DNA of 64,000 bases from Candidatus Poribacteria bacterium (GTDB lineage Bacteria > Poribacteria > WGA-4E > WGA-3G): assembly GCA_965215265.1 (NCBI GenBank), contig OZ244048.1:4032001-4096000 (forward strand), read 5' to 3'. The position numbers and the translations under genes were made by a program. Under the pieces are notes generated by a model, which saw only the letters and a list, made by a program, of their open reading frames with translations, searched no databases and was not told where the DNA came from. The stretch's first letter is position 1; each line of letters starts with the position of its first letter. Shown here piece after piece: positions 19,122 to 29,900 of the stretch.

Positions 19122-20116
19122 TCAAAAAAAAACGGATAGACCTATTGCTGGTAGAGCGAAAGTTTGCAGAAAGCCGGGAGCAAGCAAAACGTCTCGTCTT
19201 GGCTGGGGCTGTAAGTATTAATGGGAGCTCGCAGCTGAAACCGGGACAGCAAGTTTCTAATGATGTCGAGATTGTTGTGCAGCAACCCCAAAAATATGTG
19301 AGTCGGGGAGGCATCAAACTTGAAAAGGCACTAAACCACTTTGAGATAGAGGTGAAAAACCGTGTCCTGCTTGACGTGGGTGCCTCGACAGGAGGGTTCA
19401 CGGATTGCTTACTGCAGCACGGCGCAGAGTTTGTTTACGCCGTGGATGTCGGGTATGGGCAGCTCGCGTGGAAACTTTGCACTGATGCACGCGTGCAAGC
19501 CGTTGATAAGACTAACATCCGGTACATCAACCCAGAGATTTTTACACGTCCGTTGTCTATGGCTGTTATTGATGTCTCGTTTATTTCTCTGCGAACCGTC
19601 TTGCCTGTTGTTGTCCAGCTCCTTAAGGACAATGCTGCCAAATTTCCGGTGAACTGTCCTGATATCGACGTGATTGCCCTCATTAAACCCCAATTTGAAG
19701 CTGGACGCATCCATGTTAAAAAAGGGGGCATTGTTCCGGAGAAATCGGTGCATATTGAGACAATAGAGAACCTTATCGCATTCGTTGAAGGGGCTCCAGT
19801 ATACGAAAAACCTGCCATCTATAGATCGGAGCCCTTCGATGTATTGAATCATAACATCAAGAGGCTCAGACGAGATTCACACACGAGTTATGATTACCTA
19901 GACGTTGAAGGGGCTCCAGTATACGAAAAACCTGCCACTACTGTGATGGGACTTACGTATTCGCCTATCCACCAAGGTATCGGAAATCTTGAGTACCTAC
20001 TTTGGCTCAAGGTTTTTTGTCAAGGGCTCAAACACGTTTCTATTGAAAGGCAAAAAGGTCTGCCTGTCAAAGAAATTGTGGAGAACGCACATCACTGTTT
20101 TTATCGAGGTTCGTAA
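19121..20116 (+). CDS. tlyA: TlyA family rRNA 2'-O-methyltransferase/hemolysin, with an internal repeat-derived insertion
   Basis: KKRIDLLLVER, YVSRGGIKL, DVGASTGGFTD, DVSFISL and LIKPQFEAG; start uncertain (ATC 19121 versus TTG 19145). Confidence 0.9.
   Translation: MKKKRIDLLLVERKFAESREQAKRLVLAGAVSINGSSQLKPGQQVSNDVEIVVQQPQKYVSRGGIKLEKALNHFEIEVKNRVLLDVGASTGGFTDCLLQHGAEFVYAVDVGYGQLAWKLCTDARVQAVDKTNIRYINPEIFTRPLSMAVIDVSFISLRTVLPVVVQLLKDNAAKFPVNCPDIDVIALIKPQFEAGRIHVKKGGIVPEKSVHIETIENLIAFVEGAPVYEKPAIYRSEPFDVLNHNIKRLRRDSHTSYDYLDVEGAPVYEKPATTVMGLTYSPIHQGIGNLEYLLWLKVFCQGLKHVSIERQKGLPVKEIVENAHHCFYRGS
19783..19937. repeat. Family 1 right-arm fragment bounded by a 35-bp direct repeat, in-frame in tlyA
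   Basis: CGTTGAAGGGGCTCCAGTATACGAAAAACCTGCCA at 19783 and 19903 (period 120); inner motif CTCAGACGAGATTC ends 46 bp before the end of GTATAC (19924). Confidence 0.85.
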
Positions 20117-20121
20117 AGACT

Positions 20122-23100
20122 ATGTGGACGTTAATCAAACGTGTCGGGAAAAACAGAAAGTGGCTTTTGAGCACGTTGTTACTTATTAGTCTCGCTTGTA
20201 CGTTAGCATTTTACATCCGGTCTGTCGCTTTTCTGGATTGGATAGGCGAGCATGTTGAAAAGGAGATTCAAGAGCAGATAACTTCTGAATACATTGTGCA
20301 TCTCGGCAAAATTCAAGGGAATATTTTGCGAGGTGTTCACATTGAAGGCATCCGGGTTGTCACAGCAGAAGAACAGAGTGACGTGATTTCCACCGGTGAG
20401 ATTGTCCTAAAGTACAATCTGCTTGCCCTCTTACGGCGGAAATTTGTTGTTACTGCCTTAGAGGTTTCTGAACCGTGGATTCATGCCGTCGTGTCTGAAA
20501 ACGGAACGTTCAATCTAACGCAAATTTTTCGCCCGCGTTCTCCAGAAACTGACTCACAATTCAGATTTGCAGTAAAACAGGTTCACTGTCAGGGTGGAGT
20601 CATCCGTTTTGCCATGATTAAGCAGAACCTTGAGATTGCAATTGAAGGGGTGTCTCTTGAACTGAAAGGTCCGCTAAACGAATGGCATCATACCGGAAAA
20701 TTTGCGATTAAGACCGGCTCCCTTCGCATTGGGCGAAGTTCGCACGTAACTCAGACAAAACTACCCGGAGAACTGACAACAACTATAGAACGTTTCAAGG
20801 CAGACTTTCTGCTCTCTACTAGTGGCAATCAGCTAAAGGAGCTCTTCCTTAAATTCGGCAATTCGGCTTTGAAAATTAGAGGTGAGTCCAATCCGAAAAT
20901 GTGGAGCAGTGAGATAACATTGCTGTTAGATTTGAAACAGCATCAGCATCTTATTACACACGTGCTCCGTCAAACTGAAGTGAAATCCTTACTTCAAGGG
21001 ATGGCTGTTGTTAGACTGAGCGTGCAAGAGACCGATGCTACTTTGGGCGGCACGTTGAGAATAAACATGTCGCCCGTGACGTTGCGACATCCTAAACGAG
21101 AAGAGACAGTAAATATAACGGACGTGGATGTTGATGCAGATTTCGCACTGCATCCGGTGCCGAGATTGACGTTAAGTACCTTCCGTATACGAGGCGCGGG
21201 CGGTAGTTTGGCTGGAAAAGCGCGGCTCACCGTTCAACCCGCTGTGCAAGCCGCGGAAAACAGCGACGAGAACCCAGAAACGGAACTGTTGGCTCGCCTC
21301 CAACGTCTTGCCAAACGCCCTATCATCTACGAGGGAGAGTGGCACGCGACGAAAATTCACCTTGAGTCACTTTTCCCGATACTACCAGAGTGGATACGAG
21401 ATATCTTTGATGTTGACACAACCTCGGCGAACCTATTGACAAGCGGAGCTTTTAGCGGGAGCTACCCAGGCTTCAACAAGAGAGCACCAGACATCAAAAA
21501 TCGGCATCCCGTGAAAACCCTCCGGCTCCACAGCAAGTTCCAACTTACAAATACTGTCTTAAACGATGTCCCCGTTGCCAATTCAACCTTCAACTGCACT
21601 ATTGAAGATTTAAAAGGTGCTGGCGCTGTGGTTGATGTTATAGGCAATCTGGATGCAGAGACCGGGCTCAGCCTCAAGGGACCGCTCGTACCAACGCCCG
21701 GAAAACCCTTACAACTCCAGCTGACTTCTATTGATATGAGCAAGGTCATGCGTGTTTTCAACTCGGCGGACCTCGGGGGAAAAGCGGTGCTCACTGCGAA
21801 CATTTCTCATGACAAAACCACAACCGGTTCTATTGAAATACCGGACGCAACCTTCATGAACATCCCCCTCGGCGTTTTGGGAGGCGGTTTTCGTTATAGA
21901 ACCGGACAGGTATTCATTGAAAATGGTTTCCTCAATAAGGGGGAGAGTCGCCTCTCAATTGTCGGCACTGTTGATGTTGCCGGAGAATTGCCAGCGAATT
22001 TTCGGGTAGTCGGGGCACCTTCCGTGCAAGTTGCGGATTATAAATTACTTTTATTCGGAACGGATTATCCTATTGAGGGGGTGGTTACCGGTGAACTGCA
22101 TTTGGACGGTTCATTGACACATCTGAACGGCAGAGGCAACTTTCATGTGAACGCGGGTGAGGCGTGGGGTATCCACCTAGATGCACTAACGCTTCCGTTG
22201 GAAATTGAGAATTACGGCATTAGAATTCCTGATTTCAAGATTTCTGCGCGCGGCGAAGAAGTTATTTTTAACTTTGATATGCAACCAGACGGCAGCTTTG
22301 AGCTCGCGATAAAAAACCGAGAGGGGGTTCCTATCCGATTAACCGAAATTGCAAAAGCAGCAGATATTTCTGACTTTCCCATAGGCGCAAAGATGGATGT
22401 CGACTTCGTGGGAACACAGCGCGTCAACGAGGCGCTTGATTTTCGAGTTGGCCTCAATTTTTCAGACATCACATTTGAAAATAACCCCCTTGGTGATGCT
22501 TATCTGCTTGGTAGACTTGTAGAAGATGGAAACCGAGCTACCCTTTTATCTCCAGCTGGCGATGAAGATAAAAAGGGAGGTTTCTTCCGTTTTGATGGAT
22601 ACGGGTTTGGAGCGGCGAGTCAAATACAAGGCGAAATTAGCACTGAGGGTGACAGTCCATACCATTTCGTAGTCGTCAGCGAAGCCATGCCAGTTTCGCC
22701 TATTTTGCGTATCTTTAATCAGGAACTTCAGGCAGTTACAGGTACAGCCGATAGTACCGTTCACATCCGCGGCAACCTTACCGAACTGAGCCCGGATGCA
22801 TCTGGTTCCAAACAGGTCTTTCCGTACAATCTGGATATTACGGTGGAACCTACATTACTACACTATCAGGGCGTTGCATTTGAAAATGAAAAACCGATTC
22901 ACTTGGAATTGGTAGATGACGTTTGGACGATTAAGGCGTTCGCACTCACAGCGGAAAAAGCCCCGTTTATTGAAGTCGCCGGCACATTTCTGGCTGGAAG
23001 TGGAGCAATAGATGTACGCGCTGCCTCAACAGGGCTCGCGCTAGATGCTATCGGAAAAATGTTCCCCACCCACCCAAGTCCAATCAGTGGTATTGCACAG

Positions 23101-26100
23101 TATACACTCACTGCAAGCGGAACAATGGCTCAGCCTATCCTTAAAGGAAACTGGGCAATTCCGCACTTAAGTATCAAAACAGAAATCGGGGATGTCGTTA
23201 TCAGCGATGCAGAGGGGCGGATAGAATATCAAAAGAATTACGTGATTATTGAACCGTTTACCTTGCAGGTTTTAGGAAATGAAATAGAAATCGAAGGAGA
23301 TATCGCAGTAAATCCAGAGGAATTCACGAGTTCTTATCTGAACGTGACGAGCCGTGCTGCTACCTTGGATTTAGCAAAATTTGAGACTTTAGTCAGAAAC
23401 GCTCTTCCACCTAAAACAGTGGAGTTGCTTGTTGGTGAAAAGAAATCGGAGATGGCGGGGAAAAGGTATTCTTCTCTCATGGCAGAGACAGAAAACCGAA
23501 CCCCGCCAGTGGATTCACCGGACTTAATTGCCGGAATGTTAGACGTTTTGATAGGACTGAGTGGGAGCCTTGCTAAACCGGTTATTACGGTTCATGCTGC
23601 TAGTGTGCAGGATGCACTGATACGCGTTGGCGTGTTCGCTAAGCCAATTAGATTGGAAAATTTGCACATGGAACTGACACCAACTCTAAAATTTATTCAG
23701 GTGCGGAACTTGGATGCTGATTGGTATATAGGCAATGGGGCTTATCACGCTAAAGGCGAAGCCTCATTTGCGACGGATGCACTAAACGATATGCGGTTTG
23801 CAATGGATGTGTCCGCTGAGAACATGGAGATAAGAGATTTCACCGCATTGGTTTGGGATAGAGAGGAGTTGGGTGGGTGGGAGCCCAACTCCTCGCTCAC
23901 GTCTACGAAAATAGACCCGGTACACTTGGAACCGACATCACCGATTCATGGCACGCTTTCAGGAGACGTGAGGCTCGTACGGAAGGGGAGAGGAGGAGTT
24001 GGGCTCCCACCCACCCAAGTCCAACTCCTCGACGATATATCGATGGGGGCGGAGGTTTATCAATTGAATCTTTCTGCATACTCGATGCATATCCTGAATC
24101 GTTCACCTTTTAAAGTTTCATCGGTAAAGGAGGGGTTCACTGGACATATTCCGCTGCGGCTTGTTTCTGATGAAGTGGATATAGAAGTGGATGTGAAGTT
24201 TGGAGGCACGTTGGTTTCTCCGGAAATCGTCACAACATGGCACGGTACCCTTGGGCACGTGGATTCGGTAGGTGAGGTAGAATATCAAAATGAACAGTTA
24301 AACCTTGTTAATATTGAACTCACATCTCAAGACACTCATAAAGCGCACAAATTAATGCTCAGCGGTATCATTCCGCTCAATGGACGGTTTGACCGAAACA
24401 TCGACGTGCATCTCCGTGGCCATGAACTTCCGCTGATTTTTTTTCCGGGGCTTGATGCATTTTTATCTGAGGTAGAAGGCGTTGTTGATATAGATGTAGT
24501 ACTTCGCGGTACAACCCGTTCACAGTATTTAGAGGGAAGCGTTTCGGTAGAGGCCCCACGGCTCTGGCCGAGAAACTTTCCTGAACCGCTACAGAATACA
24601 AAATTGCAGCTCAAAGCACAGAAAAACCTCATAGATGTAACGAAATTCCAATTTGAGTTAGCAGATGCGAACTGCACGCTTGAACAGAGTCAATTGATTT
24701 TAGACGGGTTAATCCCCCAAAGATTTGAAATCGCCGGACTGAAGGTTGAAGACTTAAACCTCGTTAAAATTTTTCCACAGTTCTCCGAACCGCTTAGCCA
24801 TAATGCGTTTATAACAGATGGGAAACTGACTACAATTCTTAAAGAATTCGTACTGCCGTTGGATGGTTTTTTTGCGAATCCAGTCGGTTCCTTGGACAGA
24901 CAGGTCTCTCTTGGAGAGATGATGCCCGTCCCCAAAATTCGAGAGATGCCAACTCTAGTACGTGCAGCAGAAGTCTCAACAGGACTGTTGGAAATAGAGC
25001 ATGCCCGTTTAGTTTTTGTGCTTCCATACGCTAACCAACCCTACGATTTCCGGAGTAAAGAGCCGATTCCGATTCGGTTCAAGCGAGGCGTTATCTCCTT
25101 AGATGAGGGCTTTCATTTTGAAAATTTTTATACGGAACCAGGAGGAACGGAGGCAGGGCCATTTCCAAACGGGATCGGAGATGGCGAGGAAAAGGTATTC
25201 TTCTCTCATGGCAGAGACAGAAAACCGAACCCTGCCAGCCGGACACCGGATGAAGAGCCGCTTTTATCTGATGGTAAGGGTAACTTTGTTAGGACGGTTT
25301 TTAGTGGGGATGTGGGGAGCCGATGGGAACTAAAAGGCGATTTAGATACCACAGTTCGGTTAAAAAATTTTGATGTATCGGCCCTAACCAGACGGTGGCC
25401 CCCGGAATATCGAGTGAAGGGAACGTTATCCGGGAGTTTACACGTTGATGGCACCGCTGCAAATCCGAGGATAACAGTCCGACGTAACAAACCAGCAAAC
25501 AGAAAAGAGAAAGATGGGATTGAACTAAACGGCATCCCCGTGGAGCTCAATGGACGGCTCCGCTACCAAACTGGAGAATGGAAAATTTCAACCAGACGCC
25601 CTTTTCAAGTTACCCTTGGCGAGAATCAACTGACCTGTGTGCTTACTGTACCCTTAGAACTATCTAAAATTGCCGAGCGTTTCGGATTAGACCGTGCTGT
25701 CGATGAGACAGACCTAACACGAGATAGTTTAGTCGGCTCTACAAATTTTGTTGGGGAAATAGATGTCGCGGTAAGAAATCCTAACATGCTTTCATTTGTC
25801 GTGCCGGGATTTCGGTCTGCAAAAGGCAGCGGGACAACGCATATCACATTTTTCGGGACGCTTAATTCGCCAAAACTGAGTGGAATAGCGCGGTTCAACG
25901 ACTTTGCGGTTCAACTTCCAGAGGCAGGGCTATCCCTGAAAAATACAACGGGGCACCTGGAACTGTTGGAGACACGAGTTGACATCAAACAGGTTGAAGG
26001 GGTATTGAACGGGGGCGACTTTGCTCTCACAGGATCCTTGATATCGCCAGATGAACAGAGAATATGGCAGTTCCCGAATCAGGCTACCATAGATGTGAGT

Positions 26101-26949
26101 AGCGAGCTTAAAACAACAGCCGTTTTTGAACAACAAGGGCAGTATCAAGTTGTTCTTGATTCTGCAACGTTTCACCTGCACGGAAAACTTTCCCAGCCAA
26201 CTCTAACCGGGGACGTTAATGTTCGCTCCGGGTACTATCAGCAAAATTGGGAAGATGTTACAGATTGGCTTACTGCTTCTTCAGAGGTAACGGAAGTTGA
26301 ATTAGCATTAGATTATCCGGTTTTGAGAGATTTGGTTTTACAGTTCGGGGTGAACATTTCCGATAGTTTTCATGTGTTATCTTCGGTTGTCGGGCCGACT
26401 GACGTTGAAATTGCATGCTTTGGCCGCCTTATCGGGCCAGTTCAGCAACCCATTTTCACCGGGAACGTATCGTTCCTCAGAGGTACAGTAGGGCTCTTTG
26501 CACGTACTTTTGAAATTGTTAGTGGTTCAGATATCAGAAACCAGAGTACTGACACTTTTAATCCAGATCTTAACCTCTCACTTAGCACCGCTGAACCGTT
26601 GCATGGTGTCCCCCTTAGAGATGGCAGTACCGTAGATCTGCTCGTTAAGCTTGCGTATACCGGTAAATTGGACAATCCGAATCTCAATATTAGCGCGGAG
26701 GCGCTTAGTGCTTCTACGACATATTTGCCAACTGATGAGGAGATTCTCGCGCTGCTGACGCAACGTTTCTCTATTTCACGTGCCTTCGGGGGAATTACCT
26801 TCACCTTTTTACCGTTTTCACATGGGGTGAAAGGACGGAATATCAGTGCTGAGTATCCGCTGCCTTTAGGTAGAAATATGTCTATCAGAGTTGAACGTGA
26901 TGAGGAAGGGGAATATGGCGTTGATTTTCAATTAGAGGGCCGTTTTTAG
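20122..26949 (+). CDS. tamB: Translocation/assembly module TamB-like (AsmA-like) protein, 2275 aa
   Basis: N-terminal TM anchor, repeated G....P.L.G beta motifs, C-terminal DFQLEGRF; adjacent to an Omp85 gene. Confidence 0.75.
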   Translation: MWTLIKRVGKNRKWLLSTLLLISLACTLAFYIRSVAFLDWIGEHVEKEIQEQITSEYIVHLGKIQGNILRGVHIEGIRVVTAEEQSDVISTGEIVLKYNLLALLRRKFVVTALEVSEPWIHAVVSENGTFNLTQIFRPRSPETDSQFRFAVKQVHCQGGVIRFAMIKQNLEIAIEGVSLELKGPLNEWHHTGKFAIKTGSLRIGRSSHVTQTKLPGELTTTIERFKADFLLSTSGNQLKELFLKFGNSALKIRGESNPKMWSSEITLLLDLKQHQHLITHVLRQTEVKSLLQGMAVVRLSVQETDATLGGTLRINMSPVTLRHPKREETVNITDVDVDADFALHPVPRLTLSTFRIRGAGGSLAGKARLTVQPAVQAAENSDENPETELLARLQRLAKRPIIYEGEWHATKIHLESLFPILPEWIRDIFDVDTTSANLLTSGAFSGSYPGFNKRAPDIKNRHPVKTLRLHSKFQLTNTVLNDVPVANSTFNCTIEDLKGAGAVVDVIGNLDAETGLSLKGPLVPTPGKPLQLQLTSIDMSKVMRVFNSADLGGKAVLTANISHDKTTTGSIEIPDATFMNIPLGVLGGGFRYRTGQVFIENGFLNKGESRLSIVGTVDVAGELPANFRVVGAPSVQVADYKLLLFGTDYPIEGVVTGELHLDGSLTHLNGRGNFHVNAGEAWGIHLDALTLPLEIENYGIRIPDFKISARGEEVIFNFDMQPDGSFELAIKNREGVPIRLTEIAKAADISDFPIGAKMDVDFVGTQRVNEALDFRVGLNFSDITFENNPLGDAYLLGRLVEDGNRATLLSPAGDEDKKGGFFRFDGYGFGAASQIQGEISTEGDSPYHFVVVSEAMPVSPILRIFNQELQAVTGTADSTVHIRGNLTELSPDASGSKQVFPYNLDITVEPTLLHYQGVAFENEKPIHLELVDDVWTIKAFALTAEKAPFIEVAGTFLAGSGAIDVRAASTGLALDAIGKMFPTHPSPISGIAQYTLTASGTMAQPILKGNWAIPHLSIKTEIGDVVISDAEGRIEYQKNYVIIEPFTLQVLGNEIEIEGDIAVNPEEFTSSYLNVTSRAATLDLAKFETLVRNALPPKTVELLVGEKKSEMAGKRYSSLMAETENRTPPVDSPDLIAGMLDVLIGLSGSLAKPVITVHAASVQDALIRVGVFAKPIRLENLHMELTPTLKFIQVRNLDADWYIGNGAYHAKGEASFATDALNDMRFAMDVSAENMEIRDFTALVWDREELGGWEPNSSLTSTKIDPVHLEPTSPIHGTLSGDVRLVRKGRGGVGLPPTQVQLLDDISMGAEVYQLNLSAYSMHILNRSPFKVSSVKEGFTGHIPLRLVSDEVDIEVDVKFGGTLVSPEIVTTWHGTLGHVDSVGEVEYQNEQLNLVNIELTSQDTHKAHKLMLSGIIPLNGRFDRNIDVHLRGHELPLIFFPGLDAFLSEVEGVVDIDVVLRGTTRSQYLEGSVSVEAPRLWPRNFPEPLQNTKLQLKAQKNLIDVTKFQFELADANCTLEQSQLILDGLIPQRFEIAGLKVEDLNLVKIFPQFSEPLSHNAFITDGKLTTILKEFVLPLDGFFANPVGSLDRQVSLGEMMPVPKIREMPTLVRAAEVSTGLLEIEHARLVFVLPYANQPYDFRSKEPIPIRFKRGVISLDEGFHFENFYTEPGGTEAGPFPNGIGDGEEKVFFSHGRDRKPNPASRTPDEEPLLSDGKGNFVRTVFSGDVGSRWELKGDLDTTVRLKNFDVSALTRRWPPEYRVKGTLSGSLHVDGTAANPRITVRRNKPANRKEKDGIELNGIPVELNGRLRYQTGEWKISTRRPFQVTLGENQLTCVLTVPLELSKIAERFGLDRAVDETDLTRDSLVGSTNFVGEIDVAVRNPNMLSFVVPGFRSAKGSGTTHITFFGTLNSPKLSGIARFNDFAVQLPEAGLSLKNTTGHLELLETRVDIKQVEGVLNGGDFALTGSLISPDEQRIWQFPNQATIDVSSELKTTAVFEQQGQYQVVLDSATFHLHGKLSQPTLTGDVNVRSGYYQQNWEDVTDWLTASSEVTEVELALDYPVLRDLVLQFGVNISDSFHVLSSVVGPTDVEIACFGRLIGPVQQPIFTGNVSFLRGTVGLFARTFEIVSGSDIRNQSTDTFNPDLNLSLSTAEPLHGVPLRDGSTVDLLVKLAYTGKLDNPNLNISAEALSASTTYLPTDEEILALLTQRFSISRAFGGITFTFLPFSHGVKGRNISAEYPLPLGRNMSIRVERDEEGEYGVDFQLEGRF
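23445..23509. repeat. Family 2 palindrome, in-frame in tamB (copy 1)
   Basis: 65 bp, TGGCGGGG...CCCCGCCA hairpin; 63/65 identical to 25174-25238. Confidence 0.85.
23863..24030. repeat. Family 4 palindromes (two inverted copies) in tamB
   Basis: GAGGAGTTGGG...CCCAACTCCTC at 23863-23894; its reverse complement with 6 extra bp at 23993-24030. Confidence 0.8.
25174..25238. repeat. Family 2 palindrome, in-frame in tamB (copy 2, different reading frame)
   Basis: Offset of 1729 bp from copy 1, not a multiple of 3. Confidence 0.85.
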
Positions 26950-26950
26950 G

Positions 26951-29900
26951 ATGGGAATGCGACATAAGTTGGCGGTACAATTTGCGAAATGCTCGTTTTT
27001 TGGAAATTTACTGGTGTTTTTCACGTTCACCTTTGTGTGTTACGGCTTGCAGGAGCTGCCGAGAGCCAGTGCAGATGTTTCAGGAGACATAGGAGTTTCT
27101 GAGGCTATAACAAGTGAGACGCAACAGGGGCTGCCAGTGCATAATTCTGACGAGAATTTATATGAAAATCTCATTGTACGGAAAATTGACTATGACATTG
27201 ACGGTGTCCCTGTTTATGAGACTGCAGTAAGGAATAGGCTCAGGGAGCAGACATTTCTAAAAATTGGCACGCCGATTTCTCGGTTTGATGTTCAACGCAG
27301 CGTTAAATCTCTCTATAGTTCAGCAGCGTATTCTCAGATTAATGTTTATGCCCAAGTTATATCGGAAGGCGTTGTATTAAAATTTCAGTTGACGAGTGTT
27401 GCACGTATAGAAAAAATTGAAGTCAAGGGGGTTCCTGATGGGTTGCGTTCAGCGATTCAAAATACGATACAATCAAAACCGGGCGAGGCGTATGTGCCTG
27501 TATTTGCTAAGAACGATGTGGAACGCATCAAACGGGTGTGCGGCGAGCACGGTTATTTTAATGTGAAAGCCCTGTTTAAAATAGATACTATTGTATCGGA
27601 TTCCGCTGAAAGAATTGTCCCCGAGGGGAGGGTGAATTCTTCACGTGAAGACGAATCCCTCAACCTTTCGGACACTTCCAAAGCAAGAGCTTTAATCTAT
27701 CAGATCACCTTAGGCACTCCGTCCCGCATCGCTGGGCTGCAAATTCGAGGGCATGCAGCGATGTCCGCAGGTCGCATCAAGGCGGCTTGCCGCCTTGGCA
27801 TCGACGATATCTACCGCAAAACAGCTGTAGAGGCGGATATCCAATCGATTCGAGAACTGTATCGGAAAAATCGCTATTATACGCCTATTATTGTCCCTCA
27901 TTTTGACCCTAAAACAGGAGTACTACAATTTCGGATTGATGAGGGGAAACAGGTGCTGCTTGAGTTCGTTGCTTCAGATATCAAAATTGATGAGAAGGCG
28001 TTGATCGAGGAGGCGAGGTTTTCGTCAACTTCGCCTGCTTTGTGGCAGCAATCTATAATACGGTATTTTGAGAAGAGAGGTTACATCGGGACAACAGTGG
28101 ATGAAATACCTTTAGCAGTTGGTCCTTTAAAGGGGAAAGGGGGGATTAAGTTTATCATAAACCCAGGCGTACGCTATGTTGTTACACGCGTAACCTTTTC
28201 AGGGAATCAAGTATTTTCGGCAGCACAGTTGTTACAAGAGATGGAGCTGCACCCTACGGAAGGGGTTTGGCGGCTTTTCGGAAAAAAACGTTTTTTTGAT
28301 AAACAGATCCTAAAAAAAGATAGACAACGGCTGAAAATTTTATATGAGAAAACCGGGTATCCCTACGCTTCTATTGAGACAATAGCCACACCCGATAAAG
28401 ACAACGCCAATAAACAGAACATTGGAGAAATGGCGATTCATGTGATTATCACTGAATCCTATAAAGAGGTGATACATCGATGTCGTTTTCAGGGCAATCG
28501 CGCTGTAGGAACGGATATACTGCTTCAGCATCTCCCTTCTGATTTCCAATTGCCCCAACCGAATGTACGATTTGTTAGAATAGCCTATCAGAATGCCGTC
28601 GAAAAATCCTATCATGAACGTGGATACATTGATGTGACGGTAGAAGCACGATATATAGCCCAGACTGAAACGCCTATTTTTCAGGTGGAGGCTGATTTTT
28701 CGGAAGCCCTTGATGAGGGGCGACTGCCCGGGAAACTTCAAATGGAATTTGTCAATCGCGACTTACCGCTTGCCGGGACCTTTATCGCCTTAAAAATAGG
28801 AGAACTTTGGAGTATTCAAGATGTAGCCGGCAATCCTCGATATTCTTTGATACAACGTCAAACGTACCTTGAGGTTTTTGAACACGGGATGCTCCACCTT
28901 AATATTTTTGAAGGGGAACAATCGTACTTCGGCAAATTCCATTTTGAAGGCGAGCTCGATGTGAAATCGTATGTTCTCACACGTGAGGTAGCACACCTTC
29001 AGGGCACACTCTATACTCCTACGAAATTGAACGAAGCTGTACAGAATCTTTACGATACTGGCATTTTCCAACGCGTCCAACCCAAGCATAAGCCCCGTGG
29101 AACCACGACAGCTACCAGCACACCGGGAACATCCCTATGGGTGGCAGGGAAAAGGACAGAGAAAGATACCTATCCTGCCACTATTTTGCCAAAACACATT
29201 TCCCATCAGCACCGCGAAACTTGGATTGAACTTCAAAGACAGAAACCCGGTGCCTATGGCGGCGGTATCGGATACAGTTCTTTGGACGGCATCCGGCTCT
29301 CTTTTAGGTTAAGGCATTGGAACCTTCTCCAACGGAATATTCGAGGCAGTCTCCGAGGAAGGTTAGGCACGCGGGGCTATCTCTACGACGCAACCCTCAC
29401 GGAACCGTGGCTGGTCCGTCGAATTCACGGCAGTTTACAATTCTCCGGCAGAAATTTGGAGGAAGACGATAATGTACAGGCACTCCAAGGGAATTTTATC
29501 CTGAGCCGGAAATTCGCACGCGCTCATCTGCTCAATTTACAATATAACTACCGGAATCTACGCCAACAGGTCGAAGAAAATCTGAGAGATATCAGTTTTT
29601 CTGAACTTGAGGCACAACGAACAACCGTTAGCAGTCTACGATTCACATGGGCACATGACAGCCGGTCGCCCTACCTGAATCCAACGTCGGGCATGTTGAA
29701 TGAAGTGACGCTTGAATATGCAGGCGGTTTTTTGCAAGGAGAAACGAGTTTTGTAAAAACCACCACAGATTTCCGATATTACCAACAGCTCAGTACATCG
29801 GGACCTGTCTTGGCAACTGCATTGCGTTTTGGCATCACAAATGGGTTAGGCTCAAATCGTAGAGCAGAGCTCATCTCCTTTGAACGATTCTGGGCAGGGG

